A stretch of DNA of 32,000 bases from Candidatus Saccharimonadota bacterium (GCA_049296095.1 JBAQRV010000001.1:180001-212000); one strand, 5' to 3'. Shown: positions 16,990-25,399, counted from the first letter of the stretch. Numbers and translations are program-made. The notes: generated by a model not told the origin, from the sequence alone.

Positions 16990-18252
16990 ATGGACCTCAA
17001 ATACGCCCTCTACGCACGCAAATCCACCGAGTCGGACGAACGACAGGCGATGAGCATTGATTCACAGGTCAAAGAGATGATGGCGGTAGCGGAACGAGAG
17101 GGCATTACCGTCCAAGCCATCAAGCGAGAAAGTCATTCAGCAAAGCAATCGGCCACCCGGCCGATTTTTCTTGAGCTGGTCGAAGATCTTCGGACAGGGA
17201 AGTACGACGCGTTGCTGACCTGGGCACCGGATCGACTGTCGCGCAATGCGGGAGACCTCGGAGCGCTGGTGGATCTTATGGACGCCGGCAAGCTTCAGGA
17301 GATCCGAACCTACGGGCAAAGCTTTCGCAATAACCCGAATGAGAAGTTCCTGCTCATGATCCTCTGTTCACAGGCAAAGTTAGAGAATGACAACAAAGGA
17401 ATCACCATTAAGCGCGGTATGAGGGCTCGTGCGGCGCTTGGATGGCGTCCAGGCAATATTCCCATCGGATACCTCAATAGATCGCTAAATGGACGCAAGG
17501 ACATCGTTATCGATCCGGAGCGAGCTGAGATTATCAAAGAGATTTTTGAACGAGTGGCCGTACAAAAGCACTCGGGAAGGCAAGTGAAGCGGTGGCTAGA
17601 TGAAATGGATTTTAGATCGAAGCGGGGGAGCCTACTGTCGCTCAGCCAGGTATACAATATCCTTAGCAATAACTTCTACTTCGGAGAGTTCGAATACCCG
17701 AAAGGTGGCGAGCTCAGAATCGGAACGCACCAACCCCTCGTCACGAAAGAAACGTTCTTAGCTGCGAGGCGAACCATCGATGAGCAGAGAGTAAACCGAA
17801 CCGAATGGGGCTCACGGGTGTTACCTTACCGAAAAGTCTTCGTCTGCGGAGCGTGCGGTAACCATATGACCGTCGAGCAACAAGAAAGATATATCTACTA
17901 CCGATGCTCCGGCTATACCAAGGAAAAGGGAAGGTGCGACAATCCATCGCTGAGCTACGAAGAAATCGTCAGGCAAACTATCACCAGTGCCAACAAAGGT
18001 GTCATTAAAAGAACTTCATTCATCCAAACTTTTAATATGCTCATAGACGAGCACTACAGGGTAACCGTTTCGATAATGGAGAAGAAGGGGATACAACACA
18101 GCTCGAACACGCGGCTTCGTGACTATATAAATTACGTGTTCACCGTCGGAAGCATCGAACAGCAGGAAGAGGTATTCAGGAACCTTCTCGTAACCCCGGC
18201 AATCACGAATAAGAAGATCATTTTTATAAAGGTAGTCAGTATGGACACCTAG
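16990..18252 (+). CDS. large serine recombinase (resolvase/invertase N-terminal domain + recombinase domain + zinc ribbon)
   Basis: YALYARKSTESDERQAMSIDSQ (catalytic Ser context), LLTWAPDRLSRN, and a Cys cluster CGACGNHM...YYRCSGY...RCDN. I prefer the start at MDLKY (16990). Divergent from the nuclease gene with a 52-nt spacer. Confidence 0.8.
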   Translation: MDLKYALYARKSTESDERQAMSIDSQVKEMMAVAEREGITVQAIKRESHSAKQSATRPIFLELVEDLRTGKYDALLTWAPDRLSRNAGDLGALVDLMDAGKLQEIRTYGQSFRNNPNEKFLLMILCSQAKLENDNKGITIKRGMRARAALGWRPGNIPIGYLNRSLNGRKDIVIDPERAEIIKEIFERVAVQKHSGRQVKRWLDEMDFRSKRGSLLSLSQVYNILSNNFYFGEFEYPKGGELRIGTHQPLVTKETFLAARRTIDEQRVNRTEWGSRVLPYRKVFVCGACGNHMTVEQQERYIYYRCSGYTKEKGRCDNPSLSYEEIVRQTITSANKGVIKRTSFIQTFNMLIDEHYRVTVSIMEKKGIQHSSNTRLRDYINYVFTVGSIEQQEEVFRNLLVTPAITNKKIIFIKVVSMDT

Positions 18253-18269
18253 CGGTTTTACACATTTAC

Positions 18270-18298
18270 TTGACGATAATACCCCCAGGGGGTATTAT
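18270..18298 (+). promoter_or_regulatory. promoter with embedded CsoR-type operator palindrome
   Basis: TTGACG (18270-18275), 17-nt spacer, TATTAT (18293-18298). The spacer and -10 form the palindrome ATAATACCCCCAGGGGGTATTAT, which resembles known GC-core CsoR operators. The csoR ATG lies 6 nt after the -10. Confidence 0.7.
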
Positions 18299-18304
18299 CA
18301 AAGT

Positions 18305-18574
18305 ATGAGAGAAGATATAAAAACACGGGCGGTACATCGTTTAAAAATTGTCGAAGGTCAGATTCGCGGTCTACAGAAAATGGTCGAAGATGATAAGTAC
18401 TGTATCGACATTATCACTCAGGCGTCAGCAATAAAAGAAGCGTTATCGAGTATTGAAGATATGTTATTAGAAAACCATTTGAGTACTCATGTCATTCACC
18501 AGATAAGAAGTGGTAACGAGGCGCAAGCAACCGATGAGATCTTGAAAGTATACAAACTAAAGCGGAAAAAGTAA
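18305..18574 (+). CDS. csoR: CsoR/RcnR-family metal-sensing transcriptional repressor
   Basis: RLKIVEGQIRGLQKMVEDDKYCIDIITQASAIKEAL is the canonical DUF156/CsoR pattern. 89 aa. Confidence 0.85.
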   Translation: MREDIKTRAVHRLKIVEGQIRGLQKMVEDDKYCIDIITQASAIKEALSSIEDMLLENHLSTHVIHQIRSGNEAQATDEILKVYKLKRKK

Positions 18575-18595
18575 TGAGGGATTTAGGGGGATTTT

Positions 18596-20836
18596 ATGAC
18601 TAAATACGTATGTCCAATGCACTCAGATGTTACCAGTGACAAGCCCGGGGCATGTTCAAAATGCAACATGGATTTAGCACCGATTGATGATACAGAAGAA
18701 AAGCTGCTCGATCATCATAGTCATGAGAGCGGACATCGCGATAACAAGGCATTTCAATCAGATACGCGGTACGCTTGCCCCATGCACCCTGATGTAAGTT
18801 CGAACAAGCCAGGCATATGTCCAAAATGTCACATGGCTTTAGAAAAGACGAAATTGCAACCACTAAACGAATACGGTCATGAAAAACACGCAGGCCATAG
18901 TCCTAATATGTTCAAAAAAAAGTTTTGGCTGAGTCTACTCCTAACTATACCTACGCTGCTATTCTCGCATACCGTTCAGAGCTGGCTTGGTTTTGAGCTA
19001 ATATTCCCCGGTAGTCAGTACGTCCCTGCTATTTTCGGAACAATTATCTTTTTCTATGGCGGCTTAGTGTTCCTAAAAGGAGCCCGCGGCGAGCTTGCGG
19101 CTAAACGGCCCGGTATGATGACTCTGATTTCGATGGCGATTACCGTTGCGTTTATCTACAGCACCCTCGTAACATTCAGGCTCGTTAGTGGTATGGACTT
19201 CTGGTGGGAGCTCGCCACATTAGTAACGATCATGCTACTCGGCCACTGGCTGGAAATGGCATCAGTAGAAAGCGCACAAGGTGCATTAAAGGAGCTAGCG
19301 AAGCTACTGCCCGATGAGGCAGAGTTACTTGAACACGATAAAAGCCGTACTGTCTCCGTAAGCCAACTAAAAGTTGGTGATATAATACTCGTTCGCCCTG
19401 GGGCCCAAGTGCCTGTAGACGGAATCGTCACAAAGGGCGAATCAGAAATTAATGAGTCAATGCTCACGGGCGAATCGAAACCAGTAAAAAAAGTGGTTGG
19501 GGCCGATGTCATTGGTGGCACGATTAACACAAACGGTGCTCTCACCATCGAAGTGGCGAAGGTAGGTAGCAATACGGCACTAGCTGGCATCATGAAGCTA
19601 GTTGAAGATGCCCAGACAAGCAAGTCGAAAACACAAGAACTTGCAGACAGAGCAGCCTTTTATCTTACTTTTATTGCACTTGGTGCTGCTCTGCTCACAT
19701 GGGTAGGATGGTGGCTTGCTGGAGCATCCTCTGGATTTATTTTTGAACGAGTCGTGACGGTATTGGTGATTGCTTGTCCGCACGCTCTCGGCTTAGCGAT
19801 TCCGCTTGTGACGGCTATATCTACGACACTCGCAGCTAAGAATGGCCTGCTCGTGCGTGAGCGGATAGCACTTGAGTCAGCCCGCAATATCGATGTCGTG
19901 CTGTTTGATAAAACAGGAACACTCACAAAGGGCGAGCAGGGCGTCGTCGATGTTATCACTAAAAACAAAAGCCTCACCCTCAGCCTTGCTGCCGCACTTG
20001 AGCGTGAGTCAGAGCATCCGATTGCAAAGGCAATTTTCCAATATGCATACAGTCAAAATGTGCCAGAAACCCACATCACTGACTTTACGGCACTCTCTGG
20101 TCGCGGTGTACGAGCTAAGGTGAGTGGAAAAAGCGTCTATATCGGCGGACCAAGACTACTCGAAGAGCTGAACATTAAACTAGACAATGAGTTACAAAAA
20201 GCCACCGACAAATCTTCAACCGAGGGAAAAACTGTCGTGTTCGTCATCAAGGATAAGGCGGTACTTGGTGCTATCATGCTTGCCGATGTTATTCGTGAAG
20301 AATCAAAAGAAGCCGTTGCGACTCTTCACCATATGGGCAAGCGCGTCGCTATGTTGACGGGTGATAATAAGGGCGTGGCGGCATGGGTAGCTGGTGAGCT
20401 TGGCATTAAAGAATACTTCGCGGAAGTATTGCCGGAGCATAAAGCTGAGACGGTTAAGAAATTACAGGCTGACGGTAGCAGTGTAGCAATGGTAGGTGAT
20501 GGTGTGAACGATGCACCAGCATTGACACAAGCTAATATTGGAATTGCTATCGGCGCGGGCACGGATGTAGCGATTGAGTCTGCTGGAATCGTGCTGGCGA
20601 GTAGTGATCCGCGTGGTGTGGCCAAAATTGTAACGCTCTCAAAGCATGCCTATAGTAAGATGTTCCAAAACTTAGCCTGGGCAACAGGCTACAATGCTTT
20701 GGCCATTCCATTGGCTGCTGGAGTTACCTCGGCGTTAGGATTCGTTCTTTCACCAGCATTAGGTGCTGTCCTAATGTCGCTCTCGACGATTATTGTCGCT
20801 ATTAATGCACAGCTACTGAGACGAATAAGATTATAA
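18596..20836 (+). CDS. copB: copper-translocating P1B-type ATPase (CPH motif, CopB-like) with two N-terminal CPMH...C..C metal-binding modules
   Basis: DKTGTLT, GDGVNDAP, TGES and transmembrane CPH (VIACPHALGLA). The N-terminus has two repeats: YVCPMHSDVTSDKPGACSKCNMDL and YACPMHPDVSSNKPGICPKCHMAL. Confidence 0.9.
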   Translation: MTKYVCPMHSDVTSDKPGACSKCNMDLAPIDDTEEKLLDHHSHESGHRDNKAFQSDTRYACPMHPDVSSNKPGICPKCHMALEKTKLQPLNEYGHEKHAGHSPNMFKKKFWLSLLLTIPTLLFSHTVQSWLGFELIFPGSQYVPAIFGTIIFFYGGLVFLKGARGELAAKRPGMMTLISMAITVAFIYSTLVTFRLVSGMDFWWELATLVTIMLLGHWLEMASVESAQGALKELAKLLPDEAELLEHDKSRTVSVSQLKVGDIILVRPGAQVPVDGIVTKGESEINESMLTGESKPVKKVVGADVIGGTINTNGALTIEVAKVGSNTALAGIMKLVEDAQTSKSKTQELADRAAFYLTFIALGAALLTWVGWWLAGASSGFIFERVVTVLVIACPHALGLAIPLVTAISTTLAAKNGLLVRERIALESARNIDVVLFDKTGTLTKGEQGVVDVITKNKSLTLSLAAALERESEHPIAKAIFQYAYSQNVPETHITDFTALSGRGVRAKVSGKSVYIGGPRLLEELNIKLDNELQKATDKSSTEGKTVVFVIKDKAVLGAIMLADVIREESKEAVATLHHMGKRVAMLTGDNKGVAAWVAGELGIKEYFAEVLPEHKAETVKKLQADGSSVAMVGDGVNDAPALTQANIGIAIGAGTDVAIESAGIVLASSDPRGVAKIVTLSKHAYSKMFQNLAWATGYNALAIPLAAGVTSALGFVLSPALGAVLMSLSTIIVAINAQLLRRIRL

Positions 20837-20844
20837 GGAGGCGT

Positions 20845-21780
20845 ATGCACAACGAACACGAACATCATCATGATACAGAGACAGTTGATATACCAGCAGA
20901 CCGAAGGGCGATTTGTCCTGTAACAGGAGATGTCATCGATACGGCGGTTGCTGATAAGCTCGGACATTTCAGGGACGTGGATGACAAACGAATCTATTTC
21001 TGTTGCGCTACGTGCGTACAACTATTCGATAAATCCCCCGAACAATATACAGACCATCACCTTGGCCACGAACATCACCATCATATTCCAACAACAGGGA
21101 TACTACGTTTGAAGGAAAAAGAACATCTGATAGATAACGTCTGGGCCTTTCGTTTCACTGCTGATCAGCAGGTATTGTGGACTCCGGGACAATTTATCCG
21201 CGTTGAAATCCCTCACGATAATCCCGACAAAGAAGGCACAAAACGATGGTTTACCATCTCATCAACGCCGCATGACGGCTTTATTCAAATCACCACTCGT
21301 GTTACCAAAACGACATTCAAGCAAGCATTAGCTACCCTTGAAGTCGGAGACGATGTGCAACTCATCGAGCGACCAGACGGTGATTTTGTCTGGCAAGAAA
21401 GTGATAAGCCCCTTGTATTTGTTGCGGGCGGCATCGGCATCACCCCTTTTTATAGTATGTTAAAAGCACGCGGTCATAGTGGACAACCAGTGTCAGCGAC
21501 ACTTATCTATAGTGGTCGAACTGATGATTTGCCATTTAAGGCAGAGTTCGACGAAGCAAGTAAGCGTCATCCAGAGTTTACGGTGTACTATGTCATTGGT
21601 GAACCGCTGGCTGCTGATAAACTTACCGAGCTCGTGCCAGACCTTAATTCATCACAAGTCTATATTTCAGGTCCAGAGCCAATGGTAGAGGCAATCGGCA
21701 AGCAGTTAAAAAAGAATGGGATTACTGACGACTCTCTTCATCAGGACTTCTTCCCCCATTACAGCGAAGAGACTTACTAG
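20845..21780 (+). CDS. His-rich + YHS-domain fusion to an FNR-type FAD/NAD(P)-binding oxidoreductase
   Basis: N-terminal HNEHEHHHD, a YHS-like CPVTGDVID...YFCCATCVQLF, a second His run HLGHEHHHH, then RWFTISSTP (RxYS-type FAD motif) and GGIGITPF (NAD(P) motif). Confidence 0.7.
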   Translation: MHNEHEHHHDTETVDIPADRRAICPVTGDVIDTAVADKLGHFRDVDDKRIYFCCATCVQLFDKSPEQYTDHHLGHEHHHHIPTTGILRLKEKEHLIDNVWAFRFTADQQVLWTPGQFIRVEIPHDNPDKEGTKRWFTISSTPHDGFIQITTRVTKTTFKQALATLEVGDDVQLIERPDGDFVWQESDKPLVFVAGGIGITPFYSMLKARGHSGQPVSATLIYSGRTDDLPFKAEFDEASKRHPEFTVYYVIGEPLAADKLTELVPDLNSSQVYISGPEPMVEAIGKQLKKNGITDDSLHQDFFPHYSEETY

Positions 21781-21819
21781 AAATATGACTCTTTGTATAA
21801 ATTACGGTAAAATAGAGGT

Positions 21820-22194
21820 ATGAAACGAGTTTTTCACGGGGTCATTTCCGTATTTATTCTTACAGTTCTTAGTGCGCTGTCGTTAGGTATACATGCAGCT
21901 GCCGTGCAAACGATGAGCATGGGACACTCAATGGGCGGCGTCTCTCATCAGGCGAGTTCGTCTAGTTGTTTTACGTCCTGCATGACAGCAACTGTCCGTA
22001 AAGACGAAATCCTCAAGGAAACCAATAAAGACGAGGATGACAAGCCGCAGCCTCCGTTTTATGTCCAATTTCAGGCTTCTTCGCTCTTAGCTCTCAAGGA
22101 AGCTCATAATCAAGAAACCAGGGTTGCTATAGAAAAAGAACCGCCTCCTAGGGCGACACCCGCCTACATCAGCTTGGGCGTCTTTCGCGCTTGA
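21820..22194 (+). CDS. signal-anchored hypothetical protein with a Met/His-rich segment
   Basis: N-terminal hydrophobic segment followed by MSMGHSMGGVSHQ. Located inside the copper cluster. Confidence 0.45.
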   Translation: MKRVFHGVISVFILTVLSALSLGIHAAAVQTMSMGHSMGGVSHQASSSSCFTSCMTATVRKDEILKETNKDEDDKPQPPFYVQFQASSLLALKEAHNQETRVAIEKEPPPRATPAYISLGVFRA

Positions 22195-22241
22195 GATTAG
22201 CTACTTACGAATATCGTTAAATAGCTAATTTAGGAGTACCC

Positions 22242-22904
22242 ATGAACAACAAGAAATTATTTACAATCATTGCCGTTGTGCTTGTACTAGCAATTGCTGG
22301 CGCCGCACTATACTACGGCCTGCGAGGTAATACGGATAACATGTCTGGTATGAATATGGACGGTTCTACAAACAATAACTCGCTTGTTGACACCAATAGT
22401 GACACGTACAAACAATATGCAGCCATGAGCGGCGAGACCTATGATCGTAACTTTATAGCAAATATGATCGCCCATCACCAAGGCGCGGTTGATATGGCAA
22501 AATTGGCTCTTACGAACGCCAAGCACCAAGAGCTAAAAGATATGGCAAACGATATCATCTCGGCTCAGGAGGCAGAGATTGCAGAGATGACATCATGGCA
22601 AAAAGACTGGGGATACCCATCGACTAGTTCTGACAACATGATGGATCATGGTGCGATGGGGATGATGGATGATATGGCTAACATGACTACTGAGCTTGAG
22701 GGCAAGACGGGCGATGAATTTGACAAAGCCTTTATAGAGCAGATGATCATGCATCACCAATCGGCTATTGATATGGCTGCACCAGGCGAGCAGAACGCCC
22801 AACATCAGGAAGTAAAGGATCTCACGAAAGCGATTGTTGCTGCGCAAACAAAAGAAATCCAGCAAATGAAACAGTGGCAACAAGAGTGGGGTTATGAAAA
22901 TTAG
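22242..22904 (+). CDS. DUF305-family protein (copy 1)
   Basis: N-terminal TM/signal and two repeats of the DUF305 pattern (FIANMIAHHQGAVDMA, FIEQMIMHHQSAIDMA). AGGAG SD upstream. Confidence 0.8.
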   Translation: MNNKKLFTIIAVVLVLAIAGAALYYGLRGNTDNMSGMNMDGSTNNNSLVDTNSDTYKQYAAMSGETYDRNFIANMIAHHQGAVDMAKLALTNAKHQELKDMANDIISAQEAEIAEMTSWQKDWGYPSTSSDNMMDHGAMGMMDDMANMTTELEGKTGDEFDKAFIEQMIMHHQSAIDMAAPGEQNAQHQEVKDLTKAIVAAQTKEIQQMKQWQQEWGYEN

Positions 22905-23412
22905 AACATTTCCTATTGTACTCGCAGTCATCGCGGTTGGGTTCACAGGCACTATCGTGGCAGTAAAATTGAACGGGCCTCCAGAACCACCACGTCCAGG
23001 TACCGAGCAGAGCGATAATGGTCGTGAGCACGTTGACAGTAAAGAGTATGGTGGTGATCAACCGCCAACCTCTGGTCCTCATGCTAGCCCACTTGCGTGG
23101 GGTGTGTACGGTACCGAAGTCCGTGATGATCAGGTAATCCATAATATGGAGCACGGCGGAATATACGTGTCGTATAGGCCGGATCTACCTCAAAACGAGA
23201 TAGCAAAACTGCAAGCTCTGCTGTCTGAACCCTACTCTAATCCCGAGTTTAAACCAACCAAAATAGTACTTGCACCACGAACTGCAAATGCATCACCAAT
23301 CGAGCTGAGTTCATGGCAAAGAAACGAAAAACTACAGACGTATGATCAAGCAAAGGTCGAGGAATATATAAAGAGAAATCTGGGTAAAAGTCCAGAGCCA
23401 CTTGCGCGCTAG
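22894..23412 (+). CDS. DUF3105-family protein
   Basis: TM anchor, then PPTSGPH ... HNMEHGGIYVSY, which is characteristic of DUF3105. Overlaps the upstream stop by 11 nt. Confidence 0.7.
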   Translation: MKIRTFPIVLAVIAVGFTGTIVAVKLNGPPEPPRPGTEQSDNGREHVDSKEYGGDQPPTSGPHASPLAWGVYGTEVRDDQVIHNMEHGGIYVSYRPDLPQNEIAKLQALLSEPYSNPEFKPTKIVLAPRTANASPIELSSWQRNEKLQTYDQAKVEEYIKRNLGKSPEPLAR

Positions 23413-23452
23413 GCAAGATTATAATTAATCAGAAAGTAGGATAAAATATAGT

Positions 23453-24124
23453 ATGAGAAAAAAGCATAGGAATAGAAATAATAACAAGCTGCTCATAGGA
23501 GGTATTGCCATACTCACTATAGCTGCTGCGGTTATCTGGTATTTTGCATTTTTTTCTGTCAAACCTGAGGCGACAGTATCAAGCAATACAGATAGTGTGA
23601 ATACGAGTGATGAAGAAGCTAATAGCAGTAATAAATTCGCTAACTTAAAAGGTGATGCATTCGACGAAGCTTATATAGCTGACATGCTGGCGCATAATGA
23701 AGGCGCACTTAGTATGGCCGAACAAGCCGGACCCGTCGTAGCACACGAAGAAATCCTCACGCTGACCAGCAATATCCTACAGACGCAGGGTATGGAAATA
23801 GTACAAATGAAGGAGTGGCAGAAAGTGTGGGGGTATAAAGAAACGATGAGCGGAGGCCATATGAGCCACGGCAGTGCTGGTATGGATACGGGCGGTGATA
23901 TGGTCGAAATGATGAATAAGTTGAAGGGTTTAGAGGGAGAGGCATACGACAAGGAGTTCTTAAAACAAATGACTATTCATCATGAGCAGGCCATTGAGAT
24001 GTCGCGGTATGCTAATACCAATGCAAAGCACCAAGAGATCAAAGACCTTGCTAAAAACATCATTGAAGCACAGACAGCAGAAATCAATCAGATGAAACAG
24101 TGGCAGCAAGAGTGGGGATATTAA
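23453..24124 (+). CDS. DUF305-family protein (copy 2)
   Basis: Same two-repeat architecture (YIADMLAHNEGALSMA, FLKQMTIHHEQAIEMS). The C-terminal QMKQWQQEWGY is shared with copy 1. Confidence 0.8.
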   Translation: MRKKHRNRNNNKLLIGGIAILTIAAAVIWYFAFFSVKPEATVSSNTDSVNTSDEEANSSNKFANLKGDAFDEAYIADMLAHNEGALSMAEQAGPVVAHEEILTLTSNILQTQGMEIVQMKEWQKVWGYKETMSGGHMSHGSAGMDTGGDMVEMMNKLKGLEGEAYDKEFLKQMTIHHEQAIEMSRYANTNAKHQEIKDLAKNIIEAQTAEINQMKQWQQEWGY

Positions 24125-24783
24125 CTAGCATCTTTTTTTCTTGAGGGTGGAATGTTAAAGTCGCTCATTACCTGAAGTATAAGACCCGGTATAAGAATAA
24201 TGCCAAGGAACCACCACCAGACAGCAAAATAGGCAGTATTAAGACTCGTACCAACCGTAAGGCTATGGACGAAGATCGCCAGCATTGCTAGCGCCTGCAG
24301 GAGGCCCACAAACGGCCATACACCGAAATTAATAAGTTTACGGCGAAAAGGTTTTAAAACTTCGTAGAGCAGAAAGGATGTAAGGGCAGCTACGGCTAAG
24401 CCAATTGCCCATGCACGAAGCGGACCAACGTACGTGATGTAACTCTCCGGCGGTAGTAAGTTCGTGTCGAGAAAGCGCTGAACAAGAAAGAGAGTGGGGT
24501 GCATCAATATGAGCAATAGCGCAATCCGTCCTATCCAAGTGCTATATTGCACCTTGAAGAGACCCGTTTTATTTATCAATGCTGCTGTATATTGAGACCA
24601 TATTGCCACAAAAGCAAGTGTTCCTAGATAGGGGAAAAGTTCATACGTTGAACTGATAATACCGTCAGATGCAAAGAACTGTAACAACACTGTCGTAATT
24701 GAAGTAAACCCAAACAGGATCCAGATCGTGAATTGCTTTAAAGACAAAGTCGCCACATAACAAGTATACTTAAAAAGGAGCAT
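24121..24783 (-). CDS. polytopic membrane protein with intramembrane histidines (possible b-type haem / ferric-reductase-like TM protein)
   Basis: About six hydrophobic helices, with His residues inside helices (LILMHPTLF, IFVHSLTV). The start is uncertain: the longest ORF (to 24804) would overlap the divergent cyt-b5 gene start. Confidence 0.45.
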   Translation of the reverse strand: MLLFKYTCYVATLSLKQFTIWILFGFTSITTVLLQFFASDGIISSTYELFPYLGTLAFVAIWSQYTAALINKTGLFKVQYSTWIGRIALLLILMHPTLFLVQRFLDTNLLPPESYITYVGPLRAWAIGLAVAALTSFLLYEVLKPFRRKLINFGVWPFVGLLQALAMLAIFVHSLTVGTSLNTAYFAVWWWFLGIILIPGLILQVMSDFNIPPSRKKDAS

Positions 24784-24788
24784 AAGAA

Positions 24789-25184
24789 ATGAAAAAACGT
24801 ACACTAGCCATAATAATTATCGGTGTGTTAGTAATTATTATCGGATTGGGTATTTGGGCTATTGTCAGTAAGCAATCACAACCAAATTCTAATACTAAGA
24901 CAGAGCAGCCAACAGGCAGCTGGACAGCGGATGAAGTAGCCCAGCACTCTTCAAAGAGTGATTGCTGGACAATTATCGCCGACAGTGTTTATAACTTAAC
25001 CACATTTATCAATCGTCACCCTGGAGGTGATGAAATCCTCCGAGCATGTGGAACTGATGCAACGATGCTATTCACCTCTCGCCAAACAAATGATGGTCAA
25101 CCTATCGGCTCAGGCTCCCCGCACAGCCAAACCGCCTATGAACAACTTGCTGAATTCAAAATTGGCACACTCTCGAAAGAATAA
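24789..25184 (+). CDS. membrane-anchored cytochrome b5-like haem-binding domain protein
   Basis: AAGGAG SD and an N-terminal TM helix. The core motif is WTADEVAQHSSKSDCWTIIADSVYNLTTFINRHPGGDEIL (the HPGG motif of cyt b5). Confidence 0.75.
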   Translation: MKKRTLAIIIIGVLVIIIGLGIWAIVSKQSQPNSNTKTEQPTGSWTADEVAQHSSKSDCWTIIADSVYNLTTFINRHPGGDEILRACGTDATMLFTSRQTNDGQPIGSGSPHSQTAYEQLAEFKIGTLSKE

Positions 25185-25283
25185 TCGAAAACTACTGACG
25201 AGTTTTGGAGACCTAAACACTTAACTATCCTAACTTCACTTTCCGCCATACGATTATCAGATAAAGAATGAGTGTCCATTATA

Positions 25284-25344
25284 GGTTAGTACATAGGTCT
25301 CCAAAACCTAGGATCGTGGTTCGATTCCACGTGCCCCTGCCAAG
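25284..25344 (+). pseudogene. 5'-truncated tRNA-Trp copy (right-hand direct repeat of the island)
   Basis: Matches tRNA-Trp from the D-loop (GGTTAGTAC) to CCAAG, 57/61 identical. There is no AGGGGCA 5' acceptor strand or 5' D-stem upstream, so no cloverleaf can form. Confidence 0.8.
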
Positions 25345-25361
25345 CTTAAGCATTATGAAAA

Positions 25362-25384
25362 AGTCTCCGATTCGGAGGCTTTTT
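25362..25384 (+). terminator. intrinsic terminator, member of the GTCTCC...GGAGGC hairpin family (T1)
   Basis: AGTCTCCG-att-CGGAGGCT followed by TTTT. The T-run runs directly into an extended -10 (TGtTATGAT). Confidence 0.7.
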
Positions 25385-25399
25385 GTTATGATTATACTG

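Larger units (their letters stand above)
11834..25344. mobile_element. putative integrated genomic island at the 3' end of tRNA-Trp
   Basis: Bounded by a 61-nt imperfect direct repeat (11775-11835 vs 25284-25344, 57/61 identical by manual alignment) covering the 3' two-thirds of tRNA-Trp. Cargo is defence-like genes, a serine recombinase and copper resistance. Part of the interior is visibly more AT-rich than the flanking core genes. Confidence 0.55.

Noticed and set aside
19156-20625. Several 60-155-aa minus-strand ORFs inside the copper ATPase gene, and similar antisense ORFs inside the GT4, GH15, GH57 and ndh genes (e.g. 9544-10068)
   Set aside because: They are antisense to strongly supported long CDSs, have low-complexity Ser/Pro/Ala-rich translations, and have no start signals. 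They are typical shadow ORFs.
25275-25344. Second functional tRNA-Trp gene
   Set aside because: There is no 5' acceptor strand (AGGGGCA) or 5' D-stem strand upstream, so a cloverleaf cannot form. I interpret it as an att-site remnant.
25268-25399. N-terminal 44 codons of the tracked 211-aa ORF, and the similar peptide in ORF 11540-11887 (RLV.GSPKP.IVVRFHVPLP)
   Set aside because: The shared peptide is simply translation through tRNA-Trp sequence and its truncated repeat. The real NTPase starts at 25400 with its Walker A motif. ORF 11540-11887 runs antisense to ndh and then through tRNA-Trp and its terminator.
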